Part shown: positions 27,506 through 36,556 of the stretch, piece after piece
Position numbering within the stretch: position 1 is the first letter of the stretch
Layout: each line of letters starts with the position of its first letter
Assembly (NCBI GenBank): GCA_964527395.1
Contig: CAZGQD010000002.1
Location: 24,245 to 88,244, forward strand
DNA: 64,000 nt
Source of the DNA: an uncultured Methanosarcinales archaeon
GTDB taxonomy: Archaea; Nanobdellota; Nanobdellia; Woesearchaeales; GW2011-AR9
Reading direction: 5' to 3'
Notes under the pieces: generated by a model
Told to the model about the DNA's origin: nothing
Seen by the model: only the letters and a program-made list of their open reading frames with translations
The model's database searches: none
Made by a program: the position numbers and the translations under genes

Positions 27506-27607
27506 ATGAAAAAACTAACCCTAAAAACTGGATCTGACATCATTTCAATACTCTTAGCACTAATTTTTCTATTCATAATAGTTGCAAAAGCCACAGGAAT
27601 CTTATAA
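27506..27607 (+). CDS. possible 33-aa single-TM peptide ending KATGIL
   Basis: Hand translation MKKLTLKTGSDIISILLALIFLFIIVAKATGIL*. The C-terminus resembles the peptide at 63058..63168 (…LILKAEGIL*). Confidence 0.3.
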   Translation: MKKLTLKTGSDIISILLALIFLFIIVAKATGIL

Positions 27608-27645
27608 AAACCTTAAACCAATAGAAAACAAAACAAAAAACAACT

Positions 27646-29082
27646 TCACTTCTTCACAACAACTTCATAAGCATTACTAGAATCAACAATATCAAATCCA
27701 AGCTTACGAACTTTCTCACGCAATTTGTCAGATTTCTTCCAATCCTTAGCCAAACGTGCTTCCAAACGTTCTTCACAAAGCACCTTTACTTCAGCAGGAA
27801 CAGAAACTTTCTCTTTCTCAGCTCCAAGATTCAAACCAAGCACAGAATCAAAAGAAACAATCAAAGCATATTTCTCAGAATCAGATAAATCATTATCTTT
27901 AAGCAAGTCCCAAACAAGCGCAACTACTTTTGGCATATTCAAATCATCATAAACTGCAGCTTCAAACGACTCCAAATACGAAATAGCAACCTCAGAAAGA
28001 TTACCCCTACCAATCTTCTCCAAACTAACACCACTAGCACCACCAGAAATCAGACTCCAAACTCTTTTTTGCAACTTCTTTCTTGTTGCCTTAGCACCAT
28101 CAAGGGCATTAAAAGAAAACTTAAGTGGCTTACGGTAATGAGCACTAAGACAAAAATACCTATAATCAAGAGCAGAATAACCCTTCTCCTCAAGTACAGC
28201 CAAAGTCAAAAAATTATCCTTAGACTTAGACATCTTCTCTGAATCACCAATTACTAAAAACTCACCATGCATCCAGATCTTAACCCACGGATCAACACCT
28301 AAAGCCCCCTCACTTTGCGCAATTTCATTAGTATGATGCACAGATATATGATCAATTCCTCCACAATGGATATCAAACTGCTTTCCAAGATACTTAGAAG
28401 ACATAGCACTACACTCAATATGCCATCCAGGATAACCTACACCAAACCGACTCTCCCATTTCATAGCTTGTTTATCAAATTTTGATTTAGTAAACCACAA
28501 CACAAAATCATGCACATTCTTTTTGTTTTTATCAACAGCAACACGGTTTTTTACAGCAGCTGACAAATCCAGCCCAGCAAGTTTGCCATAATCAGAAAGC
28601 TTAGATGTATCAAAATAAACATTCCCACCAGCCTGATAAACAAAACCGTTCTTATCCAACTTATCTATCATAGAAAGCTGCTCTTTGATATGATCTGTAG
28701 CTTTAGGACAAGTAGAAGGATCAAGCAAATTCAACTTTTTCATATCAGAAAAGAACGCCTGCGTATAAAAGTCTGCAACTTCCCAGACAGTTTTCTTCTC
28801 ACGCTTCGCACCCTTAAGCATTTTGTCTTCTCCAGCATCAGCATCATCAGTCAAATGACCTACATCAGTAATATTCATTACATGATTAACTTTAAGACCA
28901 GCATATTCAAGCACACGACGAAGTATATCTTCAAACACATATGTTCGTAAATTACCTATATGAGCATAGTTATACACAGTAGGTCCACATGTGTAGAGTC
29001 CAACTTTCCCAGAAACTATCGGAACTAACTTTTCTTTGCTCCGACTAAGAGTATTATACAAATAAATATCAGCTTTAGCCAT
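27646..29082 (-). CDS. cysS: cysteine--tRNA ligase
   Basis: HIGN (YNYAHIGNLRTY) and KMSKS (EKMSKSKDN) class I signatures with CysRS-typical blocks (TDVGHLTDDAD, WHIECSAM). Start moved to the ATG at 29082 (MAKADIYLYNT), which sits 23-32 nt after a TATA box. Confidence 0.95.
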   Translation of the reverse strand: MAKADIYLYNTLSRSKEKLVPIVSGKVGLYTCGPTVYNYAHIGNLRTYVFEDILRRVLEYAGLKVNHVMNITDVGHLTDDADAGEDKMLKGAKREKKTVWEVADFYTQAFFSDMKKLNLLDPSTCPKATDHIKEQLSMIDKLDKNGFVYQAGGNVYFDTSKLSDYGKLAGLDLSAAVKNRVAVDKNKKNVHDFVLWFTKSKFDKQAMKWESRFGVGYPGWHIECSAMSSKYLGKQFDIHCGGIDHISVHHTNEIAQSEGALGVDPWVKIWMHGEFLVIGDSEKMSKSKDNFLTLAVLEEKGYSALDYRYFCLSAHYRKPLKFSFNALDGAKATRKKLQKRVWSLISGGASGVSLEKIGRGNLSEVAISYLESFEAAVYDDLNMPKVVALVWDLLKDNDLSDSEKYALIVSFDSVLGLNLGAEKEKVSVPAEVKVLCEERLEARLAKDWKKSDKLREKVRKLGFDIVDSSNAYEVVVKK

Positions 29083-29104
29083 AACAGTCAAAACCAAAAT
29101 ATAA

Positions 29105-29114
29105 CTATAAATAG
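29105..29114 (-). promoter_or_regulatory. TATA box for cysS
   Basis: The - strand reads CTATTTATAG, 23-32 nt upstream of the ATG at 29082. Confidence 0.45.
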
Positions 29115-29146
29115 CTTCCGCTACAATAAAAAACCACTTTATAGAA

Positions 29147-29158
29147 ATATTTAAATAG
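29147..29158 (+). promoter_or_regulatory. TATA box for RHH/PIN operon
   Basis: ATATTTAAATAG lies 22-33 nt upstream of the ATG at 29180. It is divergent from the cysS promoter. Confidence 0.45.
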
Positions 29159-29179
29159 TAATACTATGGTATAACTTAT

Positions 29180-29374
29180 ATGAAGGCAATACCCGCAAAA
29201 TTAACCGGACGTCTAGTTGAAGAAATGGACGAAATAATAAAAGATGGATGGTACGCAAACCGTTCCGAAATGATTAGATCAGCCTTAAGAGACATGATTA
29301 AGAGAACTAAAATAGAAAGGTTAGAAAAAGCAATACATGAGGATGTTAGGTGGGCACTAAATGAAGAGAATTAG
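29180..29374 (+). CDS. ribbon-helix-helix (CopG-like) antitoxin
   Basis: 64 aa. IPAKLTGRLVEEMDEIIKDGWYANRSEMIRSALRDMI fits the RHH beta-strand plus two helices, including the RSE.iR signature. It overlaps the next gene by 14 nt. Confidence 0.7.
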   Translation: MKAIPAKLTGRLVEEMDEIIKDGWYANRSEMIRSALRDMIKRTKIERLEKAIHEDVRWALNEEN

Positions 29375-29873
29375 TAAAGCTGTTTTCGATACAGGGCCAT
29401 TTATTCATCTAGATGACATAAATTCTATAAAATTATTAAGATTATTCAAACTAATTTTAACAACAAAAGAAATTCTTGAAGAATCAAGAGAGCTTAAAGA
29501 AACTATTTTATCAACAAAAAACATCAAAATAAAAAAACTAAGCTCAAAAAACAAAAATTTCAGTAAAGCCCTATGTGAAATTTACGAAATTCATTTAGGT
29601 GAAGCAACAGCAATTTCTCTTTGCAAACAAGAAAAAGTAAAACTTTTTTTCACAGATGATCTAGATGCACGTAAAACTGCAAAAAATTTAGGCCTAAAAG
29701 CTCATGGAACAATAGCAATTATACTAAAATCTTTAAAAAATAACTTAATTAATAAAAAACAAGCTTTTTCACTTGTAGAAAATCTTTACCACAATTCAAG
29801 TTTATTTTTAACTGAAAAGCTTTTCAAATTTGTTTGTGCAAGTATTGATAAATTCAAACAAAAAAACATCTAA
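29361..29873 (+). CDS. PIN-like (DUF3368-type) putative toxin
   Basis: N-terminal VFDTGPFIHL (acidic PIN motif). GEATAISLCKQEKVKLFFTDDLDARKTAKNLGLKAHGTIAIIL matches the GEAEAI...DD..AR..A..G....GT pattern. Confidence 0.65.
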   Translation: MKRISKAVFDTGPFIHLDDINSIKLLRLFKLILTTKEILEESRELKETILSTKNIKIKKLSSKNKNFSKALCEIYEIHLGEATAISLCKQEKVKLFFTDDLDARKTAKNLGLKAHGTIAIILKSLKNNLINKKQAFSLVENLYHNSSLFLTEKLFKFVCASIDKFKQKNI

Positions 29874-30528
29874 ATCCACTTCACTTCACCTTGTAAAACA
29901 ATTCCATTCAACATATTGTTCACAAGATGTTTATTTTTAACGTTTTTGATACTCTTGTATCTAAATAACTGCAATCTCCTATTAAGTTTCTTCTCAAATT
30001 TCTCCAAAAATGGAAAATCTTCAACTTTCTCTGACAAAATTGACGTCCTCCCAGTCCTAAAGGATCTCCCTTCGGTCGACTTCTTCCCTCTGGTCAGAAG
30101 CTGGGATTCCCTGTGTAGGCAGCTTTTGGCGTGATGATCCTCTAAATATTTCTTCGCTTTTTCCAAGGTAATATGGCCTACACTTCCCATCAATTTCCCT
30201 GGACTCCATAAACTTCCTTTTTTGTATATTCTTCTCAATTCTGGAAAAGCCAAAAAAAGCATTCTCGAAGTATAACCTTTCAAAAGGAAGACTCCTTTTG
30301 ATGGTGACATTGTCAAAGGAAATAATATTACAACATGTACGTGATTTACATCAACTTCACAATCATAAATTACCAAGTTGTGTTTTTTGCAACTTCGTGC
30401 AAAAAAGTTTTACAGATATCTCTCATTTTTTTCGAAAATATCTTATATCTGTACTTCGTACACCATTGTAAATGCCATTGATTCCAACCTACAGAGCGGA
30501 TATAGGCATGTTGTTTGTAAATGTTCAT
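29870..30528 (-). pseudogene. tnpA: IS200/IS605-family tnpA (Y1 HUH transposase) interrupted by a frameshift in a homopolymer
   Basis: N-terminal frame from the ATG at 30528: MNIYKQHAYIRSVGWNQWHLQWCTKYRYKIFSKKMRDICKTFLHEVAK... It stops at 30370. The second frame (the track ORF) continues KKHNLVIYDCEVDVNHVHVVI (HUH), KGYTSRMLFLAFPELR and KAKKYLEDHH (catalytic Tyr helix). The frames join if the A6 run (T6 at 30383-30388 on +) were A7. An unusual C-terminal extension of about 85 aa runs to 29870. Confidence 0.7.
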
Positions 30529-30657
30529 TTTTCCCACCTCCTGTGGGACACATCACTTTACCATAAAACGAACAACAAGAAATTATTCAAAAATGTAACG
30601 CCATTCATCCCATACCTAAAGGTACGCTTTGCTGTTTAAACAGCAAAGCTATGGGAT
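30049..30657 (-). mobile_element. IS200/IS605-like element (tnpA only) with subterminal hairpins
   Basis: Directly repeated motif CCCAKWCCTAAAGG at 30050-30063 and 30609-30622, each inside a stem-loop. TCCCAG...CTGGGA spans 30049-30106. ATCCCATA...TATGGGAT spans 30607-30657 and encloses a perfect 24-nt palindrome GCTTTGCTGTTTAAACAGCAAAGC at 30626-30649. There are no terminal inverted repeats, as expected for this family. Boundaries are approximate. Confidence 0.5.
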
Positions 30658-30833
30658 TTCTGGCTAAGAATTCTTAACCAATAAAACACCTTTCAAGCAC
30701 AAAAGTAGACTTAAAGTGCACATTTTTCTTTCTCCGAGCTTATAAACAAAAGCACCAATTCATTCTACAAGGCAAAACAAAAGCTTGCCAAAAACACTTC
30801 CGAAATAACAAAACAACAATGAGGTAAATAAAA

Positions 30834-31463
30834 ATGACAGAAACCACCACCAAAAATAATAAATCATTAACAAAGAAAGTATTTGCACTAGGAACATTAG
30901 GTCTTATTGGATCAACCATGCTAACAGCAGCTTATGCAGCAGACGACGATTCAAACACAGTTGATGTAAACGCAGAAAGACCTGAAAGCTTCATGCAAAA
31001 CGAAGAAATCAAAGCCGCAATTGATGCTGGTGACTACGAAACTTTTATCGAATTAGCAAGTGAATACAACGAAAATATTGAAAACATCATCACTGAAGAA
31101 AGATTCGTTAAACTTCTAGAACAAAAAGCTATCCATGATGCTATCCAAGACGCAGTTTTAAACAATGACTATGACGCTTGGGTTGAAGCTATGCAAAGCC
31201 TACCAAATGGTGAAGCAATCACAGAACTGATCGAAGAATCTGACTTCACATATCTGGTAGAGATGCATGAATTAAGATCTGCTGGTGAACATGAAGAAGC
31301 TAGAGAAATAGCGCAAGATTTAGGCTTAACAGAACTTCATGAAGAAGCAAGAGAAGAGCGAAGAGAAGTTAGAGAAAGAATCGCTGAAGAAAAAGGCGTA
31401 GATGTAGAGGATCTAGAACCTAAACAAAAACGTGGAATCTTAAACAGATTATTCAGAAGGTAA
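30834..31463 (+). CDS. secreted acidic helical protein, hypothetical
   Basis: Signal peptide VFALGTLGLIGSTMLTAAYA, E/D-rich mature part. GAGGT lies 8 nt upstream of the ATG. Confidence 0.6.
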   Translation: MTETTTKNNKSLTKKVFALGTLGLIGSTMLTAAYAADDDSNTVDVNAERPESFMQNEEIKAAIDAGDYETFIELASEYNENIENIITEERFVKLLEQKAIHDAIQDAVLNNDYDAWVEAMQSLPNGEAITELIEESDFTYLVEMHELRSAGEHEEAREIAQDLGLTELHEEAREERREVRERIAEEKGVDVEDLEPKQKRGILNRLFRR

Positions 31464-31479
31464 ACATAATTTAGCCAAA

Positions 31480-31609
31480 AAGAAGATTGTAGTGCCGCCC
31501 ATCGAGGCCCTAAATTACAATCCAAAAAATAAACAAACTGAAAATCCTAAGGATTTTACTGATATTAATTGTAATTTAGATCTGGGCCGTGCCGCACTAC
31601 TATTTTCTT
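31480..31609 (+). repeat. structured palindromic element, copy F (divergent, highly palindromic)
   Basis: Closing stem AAGAAGATTGTAGTGC / GCACTACTATTTTCTT resembles copy A. The 3' block TAGATCTGGGCCGTGCC resembles copy D TAGATCTGACCGCGCC. Internal inverted repeat CTAAATTACAAT / ATTGTAATTTAG and central hairpin AAAATCC-TAA-GGATTTT. It begins 17 nt after the stop of a + strand gene. Confidence 0.55.
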
Positions 31610-31804
31610 TGCATACAAAAACACCCTTTTTTTTCTTTTTTTAAACCTCAAACCAACAAAACACCCATATTTTCCCCACACCTCTTTGGCTTAACAGCCA
31701 TAGTACACACACGACCACATTTGGGCCCATTGACCATTTTGGGCCCTCTTTTTTCTCCATTTTCAATATAAACACTTTAAATATTAGCTAAAAAAACAAA
31801 AACC

Positions 31805-32623
31805 ATGCCACTACTTAGCCTTTTAGGAGACCCAACAACATACCAAGGACTCCAAACAGATACTTTCATAGATTATGCTGCAAGAGAATTACATAGAAAA
31901 ACACTTCGCTACGAACTAGCTATTTTCAAATACGGAACTTTACCCGAACCAACAATCAAACAAATCTTCAAAAAAGCTGAAATTATATCCAGAGGACACG
32001 CTTCTCCAGGAATTTACTTAGAACTAGATCAATCTACAAGAGGCTTATTCACAGAAGATGGTAGAGTTCCTTTCTACAGAGCCTTAGTTGGAAGATTCAT
32101 TGACGCTTTAGAACAAACAAGGTTCGGTGAAACTGATGAAGCAAGAAGATTAAGAGAATTATATGAAACTAGCTTTGATGAAATTTACAACACAGAAGAG
32201 ATAGGATATAGGCCAGATGGAAATTACCTACCTGACCCCCTCTTAAAACAATTTTTCAACATCGGAATGAATTTAAGCACACTTGTAAATTCAATTACAC
32301 AAAAATGGTATCATCCAATTCCTTTAATCAACATTTCCACAGTTCCAAATTTCCCTAAAGGTGCAGTTACTGTTGAAGAAAACCCAGAAAATGCAATCAT
32401 CCCTCAAAATTCAGGAGAACTTGAAGCAGCTACAAGCCATACACTCACTCTTTTACAAGACTTATTTAAAGGCGGAAAACATATGAGAAAAGGAATTGCC
32501 TTTCCAGGTTGGACTGCAGAAGTTTTAACAAATTCAACAAGAAATCAAAGATGGTTCAAAAGCCATTTTAATGAGAGAGGTATTTTAGAAGAATTAGGTT
32601 TTAAAGACAAATTCTACATATAA
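31805..32623 (+). CDS. hypothetical protein (272 aa)
   Basis: ORF with no recognised motif. Confidence 0.55.
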   Translation: MPLLSLLGDPTTYQGLQTDTFIDYAARELHRKTLRYELAIFKYGTLPEPTIKQIFKKAEIISRGHASPGIYLELDQSTRGLFTEDGRVPFYRALVGRFIDALEQTRFGETDEARRLRELYETSFDEIYNTEEIGYRPDGNYLPDPLLKQFFNIGMNLSTLVNSITQKWYHPIPLINISTVPNFPKGAVTVEENPENAIIPQNSGELEAATSHTLTLLQDLFKGGKHMRKGIAFPGWTAEVLTNSTRNQRWFKSHFNERGILEELGFKDKFYI

Positions 32624-32689
32624 AAGTCCAACTAAGCTACCACCACAAAAGCAGTAACATTTATTATCTAAAACATCAACATAACACGT

Positions 32690-34729
32690 ATGAAAATAAA
32701 CAAACTAATAATAATAACAATCATACTAACTACAATCTTAACAACCAGCATTCTAGCCCAAGAAGTAAACACTGGAATCAAAGAAGAACTAGAAAATCTA
32801 TACCAATACGAATCCTTAGAAGCAACTGTCACTGTTGACGGACAATTTACTATTGAAGGAAGCGATAAAAGTGCAAGTGCAGATGAACTAACAACTACTA
32901 TCAGTATTTTCCCATACCAAAATTTCTATCAAACCTTATTAGACATATCAACAACTAGCCAAGCAACAAATGAAAACATCAACGAAGATAATCACGAAAT
33001 CACACTAGAATACGAAAATCCAGAAATAACAAGCCACGAGTTCTCAATCAACAGTAAAATAAAAACATCAAGTGCAAACCACAAACTAACAAAAAAAGTT
33101 GACTTCCCAATCAAACTAACTGAAGAAGAAATAAACAATAACAACTTAAACGAATACCTTAAAGTTACCGAAACTATAGATTGGGAAACAAAAGCAATCC
33201 AAGCAAAAGCAGCTGAACTCTCCCAAAACAAAGATGACCTCTTCGAAGTAACTTTCGCTTTAGCATATTGGGTTGAAGAAAACATTGAATACGATTTATC
33301 CACATTAAATTCAGAATCCTCATTAAAAGCTTCCACAGTTCTACAAAACAAAAACGGTGTTTGTGATGAAATGACTAGCCTTTTCTTAGCAATGTCAAGA
33401 TCCTTAGGCATCCCTGCTAAATTTGTATCTGGTCTAACTTACTCAAACTCAGAATTATTCGACGAACCTTGGCAAGCTCACGGTTGGGCAGAAGTTTACT
33501 TCCCAGATCACGGTTGGGTAACTTTCGATCCTACCTTTGGTCAATATGGTTATGTTGACGCAACTCATATTCCAATGAAAGAAAGCTCAGATCCAAAAGA
33601 ATACTCTTCCCAATTTTCTTGGTTAGGCTCAGACATTGAATTAACAAACAGCCAAATTGAATTCAATCCAGAAATTACCAGCAGGGGCGACATCAGAGAA
33701 AGCCCATACAATTTAAACATAGAAATCCTATCAAACACAGTCCAATTTGGCTCATACAACCTAATTACTGCTTATTTAGATAGTAAAGACAACAGTTATA
33801 CAACATCAACCTTAGAACTCTTCGTTCCGCAAGAGATTGAAGTAATCTCCAAAACAAAACAAAGTACCATCATTCCAACACAAAACACTAAAGCAATTTA
33901 CTGGTTAATCAAAGTAGACCCTAATCTAAAAGAAGGCTACTCATACACCTTTCCTTACGTTATCAGAACAGATTTAGGAGAAACAATAGAAAACAAATTC
34001 ACTTCTAATGAAGTAGATCAATCATTCACAAAAGAAGAATTAGAACAAATCATACCTACAGAAAAAAGCCTATCAGCTTTAGAGAAAATCAGCGTTAACT
34101 GTGACTATGAAACAACTATTCAATTAGGCACAGAAAACCCAATCACATGTCAAATCAAAAACATCCATAGTAACCCAATAAACAACCTACAAGTCTGTCA
34201 TCAAAACAACTGCCAAACACAAAACTTAGACATTGCTCAAACAATCACTTTTGACAGCACAATCACAGAATCAACTTCAGGCTTCAAGAGTCAAAGTATC
34301 TCAGTTACCAACAACGACTTAGAATACACCTTAATTTTACCACTACAGGTACAAGACACTCCAAACCTCAATATCGAAATTGACGCACCAACAACTGTAA
34401 ATTTAAACGAAGACTACACAATCAAACTTAAACTAACCCAGGACTCCTTCACTCAAGTAGACCTTCTAAACATCAGCCTAGAAGTAGCTCCTTCTACATT
34501 CAATTGGGAAGTAGAAAACTTTCAAGGTGAAGAAACAATCACACTAGAAACAAACTCAAAGAACCTTAAAAAGAACAACGAAATCATAGTAACATACAAT
34601 TGGAAAGACCAAAATGGCAATTTCCACGAAAAAACCACAAAAACAGAACTAAATATTACTCCAAACACAACAAAAGACAAGTTCATGCTCCTAATAAACA
34701 GATTAAACATCTTCTTCGCCAGCATCTAA
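32690..34729 (+). CDS. transglutaminase-like cysteine protease superfamily protein, secreted/anchored
   Basis: Signal/TM KLIIITIILTTILTTSILA. Catalytic triad context NKNGVCDEMTSLF (Cys), QAHGWAEVYF (His) and VTFDPT (Asp). Long Ig-like C-terminal region and C-terminal hydrophobic tail. Confidence 0.8.
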   Translation: MKINKLIIITIILTTILTTSILAQEVNTGIKEELENLYQYESLEATVTVDGQFTIEGSDKSASADELTTTISIFPYQNFYQTLLDISTTSQATNENINEDNHEITLEYENPEITSHEFSINSKIKTSSANHKLTKKVDFPIKLTEEEINNNNLNEYLKVTETIDWETKAIQAKAAELSQNKDDLFEVTFALAYWVEENIEYDLSTLNSESSLKASTVLQNKNGVCDEMTSLFLAMSRSLGIPAKFVSGLTYSNSELFDEPWQAHGWAEVYFPDHGWVTFDPTFGQYGYVDATHIPMKESSDPKEYSSQFSWLGSDIELTNSQIEFNPEITSRGDIRESPYNLNIEILSNTVQFGSYNLITAYLDSKDNSYTTSTLELFVPQEIEVISKTKQSTIIPTQNTKAIYWLIKVDPNLKEGYSYTFPYVIRTDLGETIENKFTSNEVDQSFTKEELEQIIPTEKSLSALEKISVNCDYETTIQLGTENPITCQIKNIHSNPINNLQVCHQNNCQTQNLDIAQTITFDSTITESTSGFKSQSISVTNNDLEYTLILPLQVQDTPNLNIEIDAPTTVNLNEDYTIKLKLTQDSFTQVDLLNISLEVAPSTFNWEVENFQGEETITLETNSKNLKKNNEIIVTYNWKDQNGNFHEKTTKTELNITPNTTKDKFMLLINRLNIFFASI

Positions 34730-34791
34730 AGCAAAAACACCAATAAAATTAGCAACAAACCTTTCTCAACAGATACAAAAAACTCATAAAA

Positions 34792-34930
34792 GGAAGAAAA
34801 GGACGCCGTCTCTTACTGGCAATTACATCCAACTCAAGACTTAAACAACGAGCATTTTCCAAGTCATGCTTGGAAAATTAAAAGCGAAGTGGTCACGCCT
34901 GCTCTAGATCTGACCGCGCCTTTTCCTTCC
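34792..34930 (+). repeat. structured palindromic element, copy D
   Basis: Closing stem GGAAGAAAAGGACGCCGTC / GACCGCGCCTTTTCCTTCC, CTTACTGGCAAT, CAAGACTTAAACAACGAGCATTTT, hairpin TTTTCCAAG-TCATG-CTTGGAAAA, AAAGCGAAGTGGTCACGCCTGC. It lies in a convergent intergenic region, 80 nt after the HAD gene stop and 63 nt after the stop of the transglutaminase-like gene. Confidence 0.85.
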
Positions 34931-35009
34931 GAAAAAAGAATTCTATCTACTTCATCTTGACTTCCATTCAATCCCCTTTATCCCAATCTTTCCAAGAATG
35001 CAGAAGTCT

Positions 35010-35636
35010 CTACTTCTGCGTCTGGAAAATAAGATTTTCCAAGAACAAAGTCAACTCATCGAAACTAGAAACAATAGCCTCAGGCTCCCCTTTCTCCAAA
35101 ACTTCACGTGAATGAAAGCCAAAATCTACACAAACCGACTTCACTCCTACCTCTTTAGCCTCAAGCACATCTCCAACTGTATCTGTTATAAACAAACAAT
35201 CAGAACTACTAAACCCATACTTTTCAAAAAGCATAGAAAACTTCTCCTTTTTGGAACGACACTCCTCAGCCCCAAACACTTCTTTAAAGACAGAAGCTCC
35301 ATTCAACCCTAAATACTTAGAAATTATCTTAGAACTCCCTGAACTAACAATATAAAGGTCATAAACAGATGACAAACCTGCTAAATAATCACGCAATTTA
35401 TCATCCATCACTAATCTACACATCTCATTGAACACAAATGATCTATATCCATACCAATTAACCTTCTTTAGTTCTTCTGGAACACAATCAAAAAAATTCC
35501 CATTATGCATATCTCTATAGACTTGCGCATCTACTTCAAAACCCACATAAGAGCTAACTTTAGAACGATGAAATTCAAAAGTATCTTGTAATACTCCATC
35601 AAAGTCAAAAATTAGTACTTTTACCACAAAGATCAC
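35010..35636 (-). CDS. HAD-superfamily hydrolase
   Basis: Motif I VLIFDFDGVLQDT, motif II IVSSGS, and a C-terminal FITDTVGD acidic motif. GTG start. Confidence 0.8.
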   Translation of the reverse strand: MIFVVKVLIFDFDGVLQDTFEFHRSKVSSYVGFEVDAQVYRDMHNGNFFDCVPEELKKVNWYGYRSFVFNEMCRLVMDDKLRDYLAGLSSVYDLYIVSSGSSKIISKYLGLNGASVFKEVFGAEECRSKKEKFSMLFEKYGFSSSDCLFITDTVGDVLEAKEVGVKSVCVDFGFHSREVLEKGEPEAIVSSFDELTLFLENLIFQTQK

Positions 35637-35665
35637 ACAAAAAACCCTAATTATAAACTTTTAGC

Positions 35666-35995
35666 TTAAGAAAAATAATCAAATGTAACTATAATATATT
35701 CTACACATCCTGCACTAACATACTTACTTTCATTCGAAACCCATACTCTAGTAACTCCACTACTGGCACCGAGCACTTCCATATTTGTACTTGCCAAAGC
35801 CATATTTGCTAAACCAATAGGATATTTTGTCCCTAACCTAACAACTCCACCCTCCTCATCAGTAAAATCTCCACTTCTAAATGCATTAAGCATCCCTTTT
35901 TTAAAGTCAACTCTTATTTGTTCAACTAAATCAATTCTTCCAGAACTTAAAGAAACATATCCTCTAGAACCAAAAACTCCTTGTTCATTTATCAT
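35666..35995 (-). CDS. hypothetical protein (109 aa)
   Basis: ORF only; no motif. Confidence 0.45.
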   Translation of the reverse strand: MINEQGVFGSRGYVSLSSGRIDLVEQIRVDFKKGMLNAFRSGDFTDEEGGVVRLGTKYPIGLANMALASTNMEVLGASSGVTRVWVSNESKYVSAGCVEYIIVTFDYFS

Positions 35996-36121
35996 AAAAA
36001 TTCCAGCAAATCACCAATTTATAAGCATTTCGACACAAGAACACATTAAAAAAATCTATACTCAATCTAAGAAGCTAACATTATTAAAAAATAAAAAAAA
36101 GAAAATAAAAAACTTCAGAAT

Positions 36122-36556
36122 CTACCTTCTTCTACGTTTAGCAGGTTTTCGCTTTGCAGCTTTCCGCTTAGTAGTCTTCCTCTTAGCACTTTTACGCTTA
36201 GTGGTTTTTCTTTTAGTAGTTTTCTTCTTTCGAGCTACTTTTCGCTTAACTGATTTTTTCTTCTTTACAGCTTTACGCTTTGTAGTCTTCTTCTTTCGAG
36301 CAACTTTTCTTTTAGTAGTTTTCTTCTTAGTGGTTTTTCGCTTTGTAGCTTTCCGCTTAGTAGTTTTCTTCTTCTTAGTTGCTTTTCTTTTAGTTGTTTT
36401 CCGCTTAGCAGTTTTCTTCTTAGCCGGTTTCTTTCGAGCCACTTTACGCTTCTTAGCTACCTTTTTCTTAGTAGTTTTTCTACGTTTGGTGGTCTTCTTC
36501 CGAGCTACCTTCCGCTTAGTGGTTTTACGTTTTGTTGTTTTTTTACGTGCTGCCAT
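36122..36556 (-). CDS. entirely basic Lys/Arg/Thr repeat protein (histone H1-tail-like)
   Basis: 144 aa made only of TTKRK / VARKKK-type repeats (MAARKKTTKRKTTKRKVARKKTTKRRKTTKKKVAKKRKVARKK...RRRR), with no globular segment. Confidence 0.55.
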   Translation of the reverse strand: MAARKKTTKRKTTKRKVARKKTTKRRKTTKKKVAKKRKVARKKPAKKKTAKRKTTKRKATKKKKTTKRKATKRKTTKKKTTKRKVARKKKTTKRKAVKKKKSVKRKVARKKKTTKRKTTKRKSAKRKTTKRKAAKRKPAKRRRR

